From positions 328,173-392,172 of the forward strand of contig CAVTXE010000001.1 of NCBI GenBank assembly GCA_963738635.1: a stretch of 64,000 nt of DNA, in the 5' to 3' direction. Each line of letters starts with the position of its first letter. Positions within the stretch are counted from its first letter, which is position 1. Below the pieces are notes generated by a model that did not search any database, was not told where the DNA came from, and saw nothing but the letters and a program-made list of their open reading frames with translations. The position numbers and the translations under genes are program-made. This document shows positions 12,031-26,036 of this stretch, piece by piece. Origin of the DNA: an uncultured Alphaproteobacteria bacterium (GTDB lineage Bacteria > Pseudomonadota > Alphaproteobacteria > Rhodobacterales > Rhodobacteraceae).

Positions 12031-12816
12031 ATGTTGTCTTATCCCCACCGCGCGATTGCGGCATCGCCGTCTTTGCACCGCCCGATCACTGGTCGCGGCA
12101 CCCCTGTCGAAAAGCGCACGCTCCGCACCGTCGCCTTGACCCGGCGCTACGAGATCTCCTGGCTCGACCAGTCCGGCACGGTCGAGACGGCGACGAAACT
12201 CGCCCCCGCGACCCCGGAATTCGAAGAGGCCTTCTCGGCCCTCGCCCGCGGCACAGTCATCGCCACCGCCGAAGGCCCCGTCGCCATCGAGGATCTGGCC
12301 CCCGGGGCCCGTGTCGTCACCGCCGAGGGCCGGACCGAAACGGTCGTCTGGATCGGCTCGATGACGCTTTACCCGCCGCGCGCCGTACCCGAAAAGGCAC
12401 CTGTCGCGATGACCCGGATCACCGCCGACGCCCTCGGCCTGAACCGTCCGATGCCCGACCTTGTCCTCGGGCCCCGCGCCCGCATCCTGTTCCGCGACCC
12501 TCGCTGCCGCATGGCGACCGGTCTCGACGCCGCCTATGCACCAGCCGCAGCCCTGATCGACGGCGAATGTGTGATCGCGGTGACGCCGGTGGCCCCGGTC
12601 GCCGTCTATCACCTCGTCCTGTCCGGCCACGGGTCGGTCCGCGCCGCCGGGATCGAGATCGAAAGCTATCACCCCGGTGCGGGCTTCACCGAGGTCATCG
12701 ACCCGCAGTTGCAGGGCCTGTTCCTGTCCCTGTTCCCGCAGGCGAAGACCTTTGCCGATTTCGGCCCGGTCGCGCATCCGCGCCTGTCAGCCGACGAGTT
12801 CGCAGCGCTGCTCTAG
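12031..12816 (+). CDS. Hint (Hedgehog/intein) domain-containing protein
   Basis: This is an intact 261-aa ORF. It carries the blocks GTVIATAEGPVAIEDLAPGARVVTAEGRTETVVWIG and YHLVLSGHGSVRAAGIEIESYHPG, typical of the stand-alone Hint-domain proteins common in Rhodobacterales. Confidence 0.8.
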   Translation: MLSYPHRAIAASPSLHRPITGRGTPVEKRTLRTVALTRRYEISWLDQSGTVETATKLAPATPEFEEAFSALARGTVIATAEGPVAIEDLAPGARVVTAEGRTETVVWIGSMTLYPPRAVPEKAPVAMTRITADALGLNRPMPDLVLGPRARILFRDPRCRMATGLDAAYAPAAALIDGECVIAVTPVAPVAVYHLVLSGHGSVRAAGIEIESYHPGAGFTEVIDPQLQGLFLSLFPQAKTFADFGPVAHPRLSADEFAALL

Positions 12817-12843
12817 CCCCGTTGCTTCGCCATCAGGCGCGTC

Positions 12844-12925
12844 CCTGACCCGCTTCGCGTCTCGGTCGGGTCAGGCGGCGCGCCCGATACGGTTTGCGCG
12901 GGGTCGTTCCGGCATCGCGCAAACC
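12844..12925. other. Two GC-rich hairpins in the convergent spacer between the Hint gene and lrp (possible non-canonical terminators)
   Basis: CCTGACCCG (12844-12852) pairs with CGGGTCAGG (12867-12875). GGTTTGCGCG (12891-12900) pairs with CGCGCAAACC (12916-12925). Neither hairpin has a clear U-tract. Confidence 0.35.
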
Positions 12926-12928
12926 GGT

Positions 12929-13429
12929 CTATCCTCCGCGCGCGACGCGTTCCTCCAGAACGTCGAAAGGCACACCCGGCTCGTCCTTTGCGCCCCGGAT
13001 CACCAGGCTGGTCTTCACGCTGGCCACGTTCGGCGCGCGCAGAAGCTGTTCTGTCAGGAAATTCTGAAAGGACGAAAGGTCAGGTGCGACGCATTTCAGG
13101 ATGAAGTCGATCTCTCCGTTCAGCATGTGGCATTCCCGGACCAGCGACCATTCCCGGCACCGCTTTTCGAAGGCCGACAGGTCTGCCTCGGCCTGTGAAT
13201 GCAGACCGACCATCGCAAAGACCTGGACCTCGAAACCCAGTTCGCGCGGGTTCACATCGGCATGGTATCCCCGGATGTATCCCGCCTCTTCCAGCGTCCG
13301 GACCCGTCGCAGGCAGGGCGGCGCGGAAATGCCCACCCTGCGCGCCAGCTCGACATTCGTCATCCGCCCGTCCGCCTGCAGCTCGGCCAGGATCATCCGG
13401 TCGATATCGTCCAGCTTGTTGGCGGCCAT
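12929..13429 (-). CDS. Lrp/AsnC family transcriptional regulator
   Basis: The protein reads MAANKLDDIDRMILAELQADGRMTNVELARRVGISAPPCLRRVRTLEEAGYIRGYHA (HTH region) followed by an RAM/AsnC-type C-terminal domain. It is intact at 166 aa from the internal ATG 13429. Confidence 0.9.
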   Translation of the reverse strand: MAANKLDDIDRMILAELQADGRMTNVELARRVGISAPPCLRRVRTLEEAGYIRGYHADVNPRELGFEVQVFAMVGLHSQAEADLSAFEKRCREWSLVRECHMLNGEIDFILKCVAPDLSSFQNFLTEQLLRAPNVASVKTSLVIRGAKDEPGVPFDVLEERVARGG

Positions 13430-13472
13430 GTTCCATCCCCGGTTTTTCCGGAAACTACATTCTGCGGCCTGA

Positions 13473-13501
13473 TTGCGCAATAAAATTTCGCAGTTGCGCA
13501 A
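13473..13501. promoter_or_regulatory. Pair of TTGCGCAA palindromes upstream of lrp (candidate autoregulatory operator)
   Basis: TTGCGCAA occurs at 13473-13480 and 13494-13501, 21 bp centre to centre. The sites lie in an AT-rich stretch 44-72 bp upstream of the lrp start. Confidence 0.35.
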
Positions 13502-13545
13502 GAAAACAAAAGCCCCGGCGCTCAGGACCGCCTGAATGCCGGGGT
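13501..13545 (-). terminator. Rho-independent terminator downstream of the metalloprotease gene
   Basis: The minus-strand RNA reads ACCCCGGCAUUCAGGCGGUCCUGAGCGCCGGGG followed by CUUUUGUUUUCU. The stems are CCCCGGC/GCCGGGG and UCAGG/CCUGA. The element begins about 20 nt after stop 13566. Confidence 0.65.
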
Positions 13546-13565
13546 AGTCGCCGCCTTCGCGTCGC

Positions 13566-17304
<3,739 letters not shown>

Positions 17305-17518
17305 CCGCATCCCCACAGGAACATATGCCCCTGCATTCTCCTGCCGCCCGGAACAATCCGGGCGACCCATGCCGCATTGCAGCAGTTTCCGCCTTTTCCG
17401 CAGCCCTTCCTGCGCAAACCCAGCCAATTCGCTTGAAATTTGCGCTTCCGGGTCTAAAGCCCCGCGCGGGCGCGGTCATCCGGACCGCCATTCCCCCTTA
17501 CGAAGGCGCATTTCAGTC

Positions 17519-19242
<1,724 letters not shown>

Positions 19243-19269
19243 ATGCCGGACCGGTCCCTTTGGCGTCAG

Positions 19270-19295
19270 GGGCGGCTTCGGCCGCCCTTTTCTTT
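19270..19295 (+). terminator. Rho-independent terminator after the sat/APS-kinase gene
   Basis: The sequence GGGCGGC-TTCG-GCCGCCC is followed by TTTTCTTT, about 28 nt after stop 19242. Confidence 0.75.
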
Positions 19296-19365
19296 GCGCC
19301 GCTGGAACGGTTTCGGTTTCCGTGCTACCCTTCACCCATTGGTTGAGGAATTTGGAGGCACGATC

Positions 19366-20064
19366 ATGGCCCTTAAGGAAAGCCTGTTCTTCGGCGCTTT
19401 GGGCGGCATCTGCCCGACCATCGCGCAGCTTGCCGGGTCTTACTCGGCAAAACCGGGGCAGCCGCTTCCCGAACTCGGCGTGCTGTTCGGGCTCAGTCTG
19501 TTCGCGCTTCTGGGCGCGATCATCGCCACAGGCTTCGGCGCGAAGGAAATCAAAGCGGCCATTGCCGCAGGCATCGCCGCCCCCGCCATCGTGACCAACA
19601 TCGTGTCGGGTGTGGAGAACCAGGCAGCCGCGCCCCCGGTCGAGATCGCGGTGTCGGCGATATTTTCCAGTCTCGGCGCCGCCTACGCCCAGTCCGAGGA
19701 TATCGGCACCGGGCGACTGATCGACCCGACGCTCTACGGCGGCGGCCGCGTGATCCAGATCGTCCCGCAGATCACCGGCGGCGACAGCGGTCTGAATCTT
19801 CCGGTCTTCGCGCAGATCGGCGGCGAGTCCGGGGAAAGCCCCGTTCAGGTCGGCACGATCCTCACCGGCGCGCCGCAGATCATCCCGATCCCCGAGGGCA
19901 CGACAGCACTGGTCATCGGACAACAGTCGGTGCCGCTGTCCAGTGAGAACGTGAGCGTGGACGTCCGGATCGATACCTCGCCCACCTTCGCGGGCGACCT
20001 GCTATGGGCCTTCGGCGGAAGACGCACCTATGCCGTCGAGGATGTGACGCTTCTGCCTAGATAA
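19366..20064 (+). CDS. Hypothetical membrane protein (3-4 predicted TM helices plus a roughly 120-aa C-terminal domain)
   Basis: GGAGG lies 8 nt before ATG 19366. The terminator at 19270-19295 excludes the longer track ORF start. The N-terminus reads MALKESLFFGALGGICPTIAQLAG...LGVLFGLSLFALLGAIIATGFG. I recognise no family. Confidence 0.6.
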   Translation: MALKESLFFGALGGICPTIAQLAGSYSAKPGQPLPELGVLFGLSLFALLGAIIATGFGAKEIKAAIAAGIAAPAIVTNIVSGVENQAAAPPVEIAVSAIFSSLGAAYAQSEDIGTGRLIDPTLYGGGRVIQIVPQITGGDSGLNLPVFAQIGGESGESPVQVGTILTGAPQIIPIPEGTTALVIGQQSVPLSSENVSVDVRIDTSPTFAGDLLWAFGGRRTYAVEDVTLLPR

Positions 20065-20074
20065 CACGCCGACA

Positions 20075-20314
20075 TCAGTGAACGCTGACCGGTGCCAGAT
20101 CGTTCTGCCGCGCCAGATGGAACGCCAGCCTGCGGTCCGCGACCAGCGCCAGACGTTCGCCATCGGCGTCGTGCACGGCGTAAATCTTCGTCAGGCCATC
20201 CGCCTGTTCCCGCAGTTCCTCGGGCAAGTCAGCCACGGCCACCTCACGCACATAGGCGATCCTGCGGCCGCTGCCACCGCCGAACTCCGGCCCGAACTCG
20301 TATCTCGTGTCCAT
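20075..20314 (-). CDS. DUF1150 family protein
   Basis: The protein reads MDTRYEFGPEF...RIAYVREVAVADLPEELREQADGLTKIYAVHDADGERLALVADRRLAFHLARQNDL. AAGGAG lies upstream. It sits immediately downstream of hsp20, as is typical in alphaproteobacteria. Confidence 0.8.
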   Translation of the reverse strand: MDTRYEFGPEFGGGSGRRIAYVREVAVADLPEELREQADGLTKIYAVHDADGERLALVADRRLAFHLARQNDLAPVSVH

Positions 20315-20330
20315 AACCTGCTCCTTCGCC

Positions 20331-20744
20331 TCAGCCCTGCTTGATGCGGATCGTCTGCACCACGCTGTCCGCGACCTGCCGCTTCAGATCGATATGCAGA
20401 AGCCCGTTTTCCATCTCGGCCCCCGCCACCTCGACCCCTTCTGCCAGCACGAACGACCGCTGGAACGCCCTGGCTGCGATGCCACGGTGCAGAAACACAC
20501 GGTCCGCCCCCTCGTCCGTCTGCCGTCCGCGCACCACCAGCTGCCTGTCCTCGACCGTGATCGCCATGTCCGCCTCGCGGAAACCGGCGACAGCCAGAGT
20601 GATGCGGAAACCGTGTTCCGACGATTGTTCGATGTTGAAGGGCGGATAGCCTTCGTTCCCGGTCTTGGCCGTCCGCTCCACCAGCCGTTCCAGCTGATCG
20701 AAGCCCAGAAGATAGGGATGGGCCGTGAAGGTCAGTTTCGTCAT
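20331..20744 (-). CDS. Hsp20/alpha-crystallin family small heat-shock protein
   Basis: The protein reads MTKLTFTAHPYLLGFDQLERL...YPPFNIEQSSEHGFRITLAVAGF...ITVEDRQLVVRG...FLHRGIAARAFQRSFVLAEGVEV..AEMENGLLHIDL. The start is taken at the internal ATG 20744; 20774 is an alternative. Confidence 0.85.
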   Translation of the reverse strand: MTKLTFTAHPYLLGFDQLERLVERTAKTGNEGYPPFNIEQSSEHGFRITLAVAGFREADMAITVEDRQLVVRGRQTDEGADRVFLHRGIAARAFQRSFVLAEGVEVAGAEMENGLLHIDLKRQVADSVVQTIRIKQG

Positions 20745-20809
20745 CTTCGGGCCTGTCCTCGTTTGAAGCGACATGCATGGCGGACCCCGCAGCGGCGATC
20801 CAAGCTTGA

Positions 20810-20838
20810 ATATGGGGAGGCTGCACGCCCGCTGCAAG
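20810..20838 (-). promoter_or_regulatory. Sigma-32 (RpoH)-type heat-shock promoter for hsp20-DUF1150
   Basis: The minus strand reads CCTTGCAG-N14-CCCCATAT, compared with the E. coli consensus CTTGAAA-N13-14-CCCCATNT. The -10 element lies about 65 nt upstream of ATG 20744. Confidence 0.5.
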
Positions 20839-20995
20839 GTTGAAGAAACGTCGGTCGTCAGTCGGCTGGCCAGCCGCCCGATGGCGTATCGCCGGAACTT
20901 CGGGGGAAGAGGCGCGTTTTGTCGTAGCACATGCTATGTTCAGTTTACGCCACCCGGACGCGGCGGCACCTCTTCGGCATTCGAGGAATTTCCCC

Positions 20996-23368
20996 ATGAC
21001 ACATGGCCAGATCGCAAGTGGCGCTTCGGAAATGGCCGGAATGCCGCCGGAGGCTCCCGTCGCGCCGAATGCGCCGATGGCTACCGACCCGGTCTGCGGC
21101 ATGAAGATCGCCGTCACCACCGATACGCGTGCGCAGGAATTCGGCGGCACCGTCTATCATTTCTGTTCCGACGGCTGCCGGACGAAATTCGGTGCAGACC
21201 CCTATTTCTATGCGTCGGGTAACGCGTCAAAGGCAGTGAAGGCTGCGAAACCCGGCACCCAGTACGCCTGTCCGATGCATCCGCAGATTGTCCAGGACTC
21301 GCCCGGCACATGCCCCATCTGCGGAATGGCTCTTGAACCCCTTGTCCCGACGGACGCGCCAAACGCCGAGCTGTCGGATTTCACCCGCAGGATGTGGATC
21401 AGCGCGGCGGCGGCAGTCCCGCTCGTGATCCTGACCATGGGTAGCCATGTCGGGCTGCCTCTGCGCGACCGGATCGGACACGAAATGTCCGGCTTCATCG
21501 AGTTTGCCCTCGCCACTCCCGTCGTTCTGTGGGCAGCCCTGCCGTTCTTCCGGCGCGGGTGGGAATCCGTCGTGAACCGTTCCCCGAACATGTGGACGCT
21601 GATCTCGCTCGGGGTCGGCTCGGCCTACCTTTACTCGGTCGTCGCGACGTTCCTTCCGGGGCTTTTTCCCGCTGCGTACCGCGTCGGCAGCATGGGGGGC
21701 ATGGTCGGCACGTATTTCGAGGCTGCCGTGGTGATCATCGCCCTGGTGTTTGCAGGCCAGGTTCTCGAATTGCGCGCACGGGAGAGGACCGGCGACGCGA
21801 TCCGCGCGCTTCTGGACCTTGCGCCCAAGATGGCACGCCGCGTCCTGCCCGACGGAACAGAGTATGACGTGCCGCTGGACAATGTCATTGCTGGCGACCG
21901 TCTGCGCGTGCGTCCGGGTGATGCCATCCCCGTCGACGGCAAGGTGCTCGAGGGATTGTCGTCGGTCGATGAAAGCATGATCACGGGCGAGCCGATCCCG
22001 GTCGAGAAGTCGCAAGGCGACATCGTGACGGGTGCTACGATCAACAAGAACGGGTCCTTGGTGATCGAGGCATCGCGGGTCGGTGCGGATACGGTTCTCA
22101 GCCAGATCATCGCGATGGTGGCCAGCGCGCGGAGGTCGCGCGCGCCGATCCAAGGCCTGGCGGACCGTGTGTCAGCCGTCTTCGTGCCAGGCGTGATCCT
22201 GATCGCCATAGCGGCCTTCGCGGCATGGATGATCTTCGGCCCGCAGCCGCCGCTGGTCTTCGCCGTCGCATCGGCCGTGTCGGTTCTGATCATCGCCTGC
22301 CCCTGCGCCCTCGGACTGGCGACGCCTGTTTCCATCACGACGGCGACCGGGCGCGGGGCGTCGGCTGGCGTCCTGATCAAGGATGCCGAGGCGCTGGAAC
22401 GCATGGCCTCGGTCGATACGCTGATCGTCGACAAGACCGGCACCCTCACCGAAGGCCGACCACGGCTGACCGACGTGATCGCGCTGGACGACGTCCCGGA
22501 AACCGACGTTCTGGCCATCTCCTCGGCTCTCGAACGCGGGTCCGAACATCCGCTGGCCGAGGCGATCGTGGACGGGGCTGCGGCGCGTGGGGTAGAGCGG
22601 ATGTCCCTCGCGGACTTCGAGGCAGTAACCGGCAAAGGCGTCCGGGGGACGGTCGGCGGCCGCAGCGCGGCGCTTGGCAACGCAGCCATGATGCGCGACG
22701 CCGGACTCGACACGACATCCGCCGAAGCGCGCGCGGACATGCTCCGCGCGACCGGCCGGACCGTGATGTTTCTCTCCGTTGCCGGGCGGCTTGCCGGTCT
22801 GGTCGCGGTCGCCGATCCGGTCAAGGCAACGACGGCCGACGCGATCAGAGCGCTGCATGCGGAAGGCCTGCGGATCATCATGGCGACCGGCGACAACCAG
22901 CGCACCGCCGATGCAGTAGCCGGACCGCTGGGCATCGACGAGGTGCGGGCGGGCGTCCTTCCGGAAGCCAAGAGGGCCCTGATCGAGGATCTCCGGGCAC
23001 AGGGCCGCAAAGTCGCCATGGCAGGCGACGGCGTGAACGACAGTCCGGCGCTGGCGGCGGCGGATGTGGGCATCGCGATGGGAACCGGCGCGGACGTGGC
23101 TGTTCAGAGTGCGGGCATAACCCTGCTGGGCGGCGATCTGATGGGGATTGTCCGCGCGCGCAGGCTGGCACGCGCGACGGTGTCGAATATCCGGCAGAAC
23201 CTGTTCTTCGCCTTTGTCTACAATGTGGCGGGCATTCCGGTCGCCGCCGGAGTTCTCTATCACCTGACGGGCATGCTTCTGTCCCCGATCTTCGCGGCCG
23301 CCGCGATGAGCGTGTCTTCCGTGTCGGTGATCGCGAACGCGCTGCGGCTGCGTCGGCTCCGGTTATAG
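20996..23368 (+). CDS. copA: Heavy-metal (Cu+/Ag+-type, P1B) translocating P-type ATPase with a TRASH/YHS-type N-terminus
   Basis: The protein is intact at 790 aa. It carries the CPC motif ([13 protein letters not shown]), [37 protein letters not shown] and MSVSSVSV. The N-terminus carries C-x22-C-x3-C and CPMHP...CPICGM. Confidence 0.9.
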   Translation: MTHGQIASGASEMAGMPPEAPVAPNAPMATDPVCGMKIAVTTDTRAQEFGGTVYHFCSDGCRTKFGADPYFYASGNASKAVKAAKPGTQYACPMHPQIVQDSPGTCPICGMALEPLVPTDAPNAELSDFTRRMWISAAAAVPLVILTMGSHVGLPLRDRIGHEMSGFIEFALATPVVLWAALPFFRRGWESVVNRSPNMWTLISLGVGSAYLYSVVATFLPGLFPAAYRVGSMGGMVGTYFEAAVVIIALVFAGQVLELRARERTGDAIRALLDLAPKMARRVLPDGTEYDVPLDNVIAGDRLRVRPGDAIPVDGKVLEGLSSVDESMITGEPIPVEKSQGDIVTGATINKNGSLVIEASRVGADTVLSQIIAMVASARRSRAPIQGLADRVSAVFVPGVILIAIAAFAAWMIFGPQPPLVFAVASAVSVLIIACPCALGLATPVSITTATGRGASAGVLIKDAEALERMASVDTLIVDKTGTLTEGRPRLTDVIALDDVPETDVLAISSALERGSEHPLAEAIVDGAAARGVERMSLADFEAVTGKGVRGTVGGRSAALGNAAMMRDAGLDTTSAEARADMLRATGRTVMFLSVAGRLAGLVAVADPVKATTADAIRALHAEGLRIIMATGDNQRTADAVAGPLGIDEVRAGVLPEAKRALIEDLRAQGRKVAMAGDGVNDSPALAAADVGIAMGTGADVAVQSAGITLLGGDLMGIVRARRLARATVSNIRQNLFFAFVYNVAGIPVAAGVLYHLTGMLLSPIFAAAAMSVSSVSVIANALRLRRLRL

Positions 23369-23446
23369 CGTCGGACGCTAGGCGCACCGGCGCGGCCTTG
23401 CTATAACTCCGCACGACAAACGCCCGACTCGGATGCACCCTCCCAG

Positions 23447-23665
23447 ATGAACGCCACTTTCGAGATGGACAGCGACGAAGTGTTGCGTGTCAGACTTGCC
23501 GTTCTCCGGCGCGAACACCGCGACCTGGACGAGGCGATCCATGTGCTGGAAACCTCAGGCCGGGGGGATCAGCTGACGCTCAAACGCCTGAAAAAGCAGA
23601 AGCTGGTGCTGAAGGACCAGATCGCGCGGCTCGACGATATCCTGACGCCCGACATCATCGCCTGA
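23447..23665 (+). CDS. YdcH/DUF465 family protein
   Basis: This is a 72-aa coiled-coil protein reading LRVRLAVLRREHRDLDEAIHVLE...LTLKRLKKQKLVLKDQIARLDD. Confidence 0.8.
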   Translation: MNATFEMDSDEVLRVRLAVLRREHRDLDEAIHVLETSGRGDQLTLKRLKKQKLVLKDQIARLDDILTPDIIA

Positions 23666-23758
23666 TCGCCGCTGTGACGGCGCTGCGCGCTGTCCCTCCT
23701 GCCTTGCCCCCGGACCGCCCGCCGCTATAGTGCGCGCCTTGCCAGAACGGGGCCGCGC

Positions 23759-24238
23759 ATGGAAGTCAGGGTCGGGATCATCATGGGGTCGCAGTCGGAC
23801 TGGCCCGTGATGAAAGCTGCGGCAGACATCCTCGATGAACTGGGCGTGCCGTTCGAGACCAAGATCGTGTCCGCCCACCGGACCCCCGACCGCCTCTGGG
23901 ACTATGGCAAGACCGCCGTCCCACGCGGACTGCAGGTCATCATAGCGGGCGCGGGCGGGGCGGCCCACCTGCCCGGCATGATGGCGTCCAAGACCCGCGT
24001 CCCCGTGATCGGTGTCCCGGTCGAGACCAAGGCTCTCAAGGGCATGGACAGCCTCTATTCCATCGTCCAGATGCCGCGCGGCTATCCGGTGGCCACGATG
24101 GCCATCGGGGGTGCTGCCAATGCCGGCCTGATGGCCGCCAGCATCCTTGCGCTGAACGATCCGGCCCTTGCCCAGCGCCTCGATCACTGGCGCGACACCC
24201 TGTCCGCCTCGATCCCGGAAACGCCGCTCGATGACTGA
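23759..24238 (+). CDS. purE: 5-(carboxyamino)imidazole ribonucleotide mutase
   Basis: The protein reads [42 protein letters not shown]...[16 protein letters not shown]. It is intact. Confidence 0.95.
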   Translation: MEVRVGIIMGSQSDWPVMKAAADILDELGVPFETKIVSAHRTPDRLWDYGKTAVPRGLQVIIAGAGGAAHLPGMMASKTRVPVIGVPVETKALKGMDSLYSIVQMPRGYPVATMAIGGAANAGLMAASILALNDPALAQRLDHWRDTLSASIPETPLDD

Positions 24239-25304
24239 TCCGCTGCCGCAAGGCGCCGTCATCGGCATTCTTGGCGGCGGCCAGCTGGGTCGGATGCTGT
24301 CGGTCGCCGCATCGCGCCTCGGCTTCCGCACCCATATCTACGAACCTGCGGCCAGCCCGCCAGCCGCCGATGTCGCCCATGCCGTCACGACCGCACCTTA
24401 CGAAGACTCGGCCGCACTGGCTGCTTTCGCCGCCGCCGTCGATGTCGTGACCTACGAATTCGAGAATGTGCCGACCGCCGCCCTCGACCTGATCGAGGCC
24501 GCGCGACCGATACGCCCGAACCGCCGTGCGCTGGCCATCAGCCAGGACCGCATCGCCGAAAAGGACTTCCTGACAGGTCTCGGCCTGGCAACAGCCCCCT
24601 ATGCCGCCGTCAATTCGTTCGCCGATCTGGAACGAGCCATCGCCCGCATCGGCACCCCGTCGATCATGAAGACCACCCGCCTCGGCTATGACGGCAAGGG
24701 CCAGGTCCGCCTGACCGTCCCCGCCGATGCGCCCGCCGCCTTAACTGCGATGCACGGCGCACCTTGCGTCCTCGAAGGTTTCATCGTCTTCGACCGCGAG
24801 ATCAGCGTCATCGCTGCGCGCGGCTTGACCGGAGAAATCGCGGCCTTCGACCCCGGCGAGAATGTCCACAAGGACGGCATCCTGCGCACCACAACCATCC
24901 CCGCCCGCATCACAGCGTCCCAGCGCAGCGACGCTGTGCTGATCGCCGCCCGCATCCTGAACGCACTCGACTATGTCGGCGTTCTCGGCGTCGAGCTGTT
25001 CGTCACGCCGCTGGGCCTGATCGTGAACGAAATCGCCCCGCGCGTGCATAATTCCGGCCACTGGACGCAGAACGGCTGCGCCGTCGATCAGTTCGAACAG
25101 CACATCCGCGCGATTGCCGGATGGCCGCTCGGCGACGGGTCGCGGCTTTCGGACGTGACGATGGAGAACCTCATCGGCGACGACATCCTGCGCGCGCCCG
25201 CACTCGCCCGCGAACCCGGTGCGGCACTGCACCTCTATGGTAAGGGCGCACCCCGCCCCGGTCGCAAGATGGGTCATGTGAACCGCGTGACGCCGACCAG
25301 ATAG
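24231..25304 (+). CDS. purK: 5-(carboxyamino)imidazole ribonucleotide synthase
   Basis: The protein starts [23 protein letters not shown] and has an ATP-grasp body ([15 protein letters not shown]...[14 protein letters not shown]). It overlaps the end of purE. Confidence 0.9.
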   Translation: MTDPLPQGAVIGILGGGQLGRMLSVAASRLGFRTHIYEPAASPPAADVAHAVTTAPYEDSAALAAFAAAVDVVTYEFENVPTAALDLIEAARPIRPNRRALAISQDRIAEKDFLTGLGLATAPYAAVNSFADLERAIARIGTPSIMKTTRLGYDGKGQVRLTVPADAPAALTAMHGAPCVLEGFIVFDREISVIAARGLTGEIAAFDPGENVHKDGILRTTTIPARITASQRSDAVLIAARILNALDYVGVLGVELFVTPLGLIVNEIAPRVHNSGHWTQNGCAVDQFEQHIRAIAGWPLGDGSRLSDVTMENLIGDDILRAPALAREPGAALHLYGKGAPRPGRKMGHVNRVTPTR

Positions 25305-25339
25305 TCTGTCCCCGATACACTCACGCATCTGCGCAGATG

Positions 25340-25874
25340 TCAGACACGCCGGATGTTGAACCGCACCTTTCCGATCGGAATGCCCAGCCGCGTGACGATC
25401 CCGTCGTTGATGACCGTGCCGCCCTCGCCGCGATAGATCACGTCCGAAAAGCCCAGCCGCGTCACATCGCCCTGGCTTTCAAAGTCCGCCAGATAGGTCA
25501 GACGGATCAGCCCGCCCTCCTCGACTGCCTTCGCGACGCCGACCGTATCCTCGCGCCGGCCGTCCCACGTTCCAGGACCCATCCGCGTGAACACCCAGGT
25601 CAACCGGTCCGCCTGCCCGTCGTCATAGGCGAAATCCTCAACCACCGTCAGCGTGTCGCCCTCAAGCCGCCCGTTCAGCACTGCCGTGAAGCGGCGTTCG
25701 GACTGGATGACGGGTGCGACAAAGATCCCGCGACCGACCGTCCTTCCCTTGAAACGCCTCGACCAGCGTCAGCGGCGCGCCGGGCTCAGCAGGCCCGCGC
25801 GGAACGGTCGCGCAGGCAGCCAGCGGCAGGATCGCGCCCAGCGCGATCAGGGAACGTCGGGTCAGGTCTGTCAC
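25340..25874 (-). pseudogene. DUF3833 family lipoprotein, one frame switch near 25690
   Basis: The N-terminus from GTG 25874 reads TDLTRRSLIALGAILPLAAC, which contains a lipobox. The body reads LTVVEDFAYDDGQADRLTWVFTRMGPGTWDGRREDTVGVAKA. Confidence 0.65.
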
Positions 25875-26036
25875 GATACGCCTCGCGCGCTGGCAGTTAC
25901 CGACGTGGGTGTAGCCCGCGCGGACCACCCGACAAGATCAGGACGATATCAAACTGTCTTGCCGAACGGTTAATTTCGGAAAATTCCCCTTTCTTTTCAA
26001 TGGTGGTTTTCGTGTCCCGACAAGGGACATGCGTTT

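Noticed and set aside
17412-17445. The inverted repeat GCGCAAA-N20-TTTGCGC upstream of the sat/APS-kinase gene as a CysB-type site.
   Set aside because: The arms are short (7 bp), I know of no established matching consensus, and I cannot assess its significance without comparative data.
20918-20960. A MerR/CueR-type operator in the copA promoter.
   Set aside because: Only a 12-nt palindrome TAGCAcaTGCTA (20925-20936) is present. I could not identify a 19-20-bp-spaced -35/-10 pair around a long dyad, and no cueR gene is nearby.
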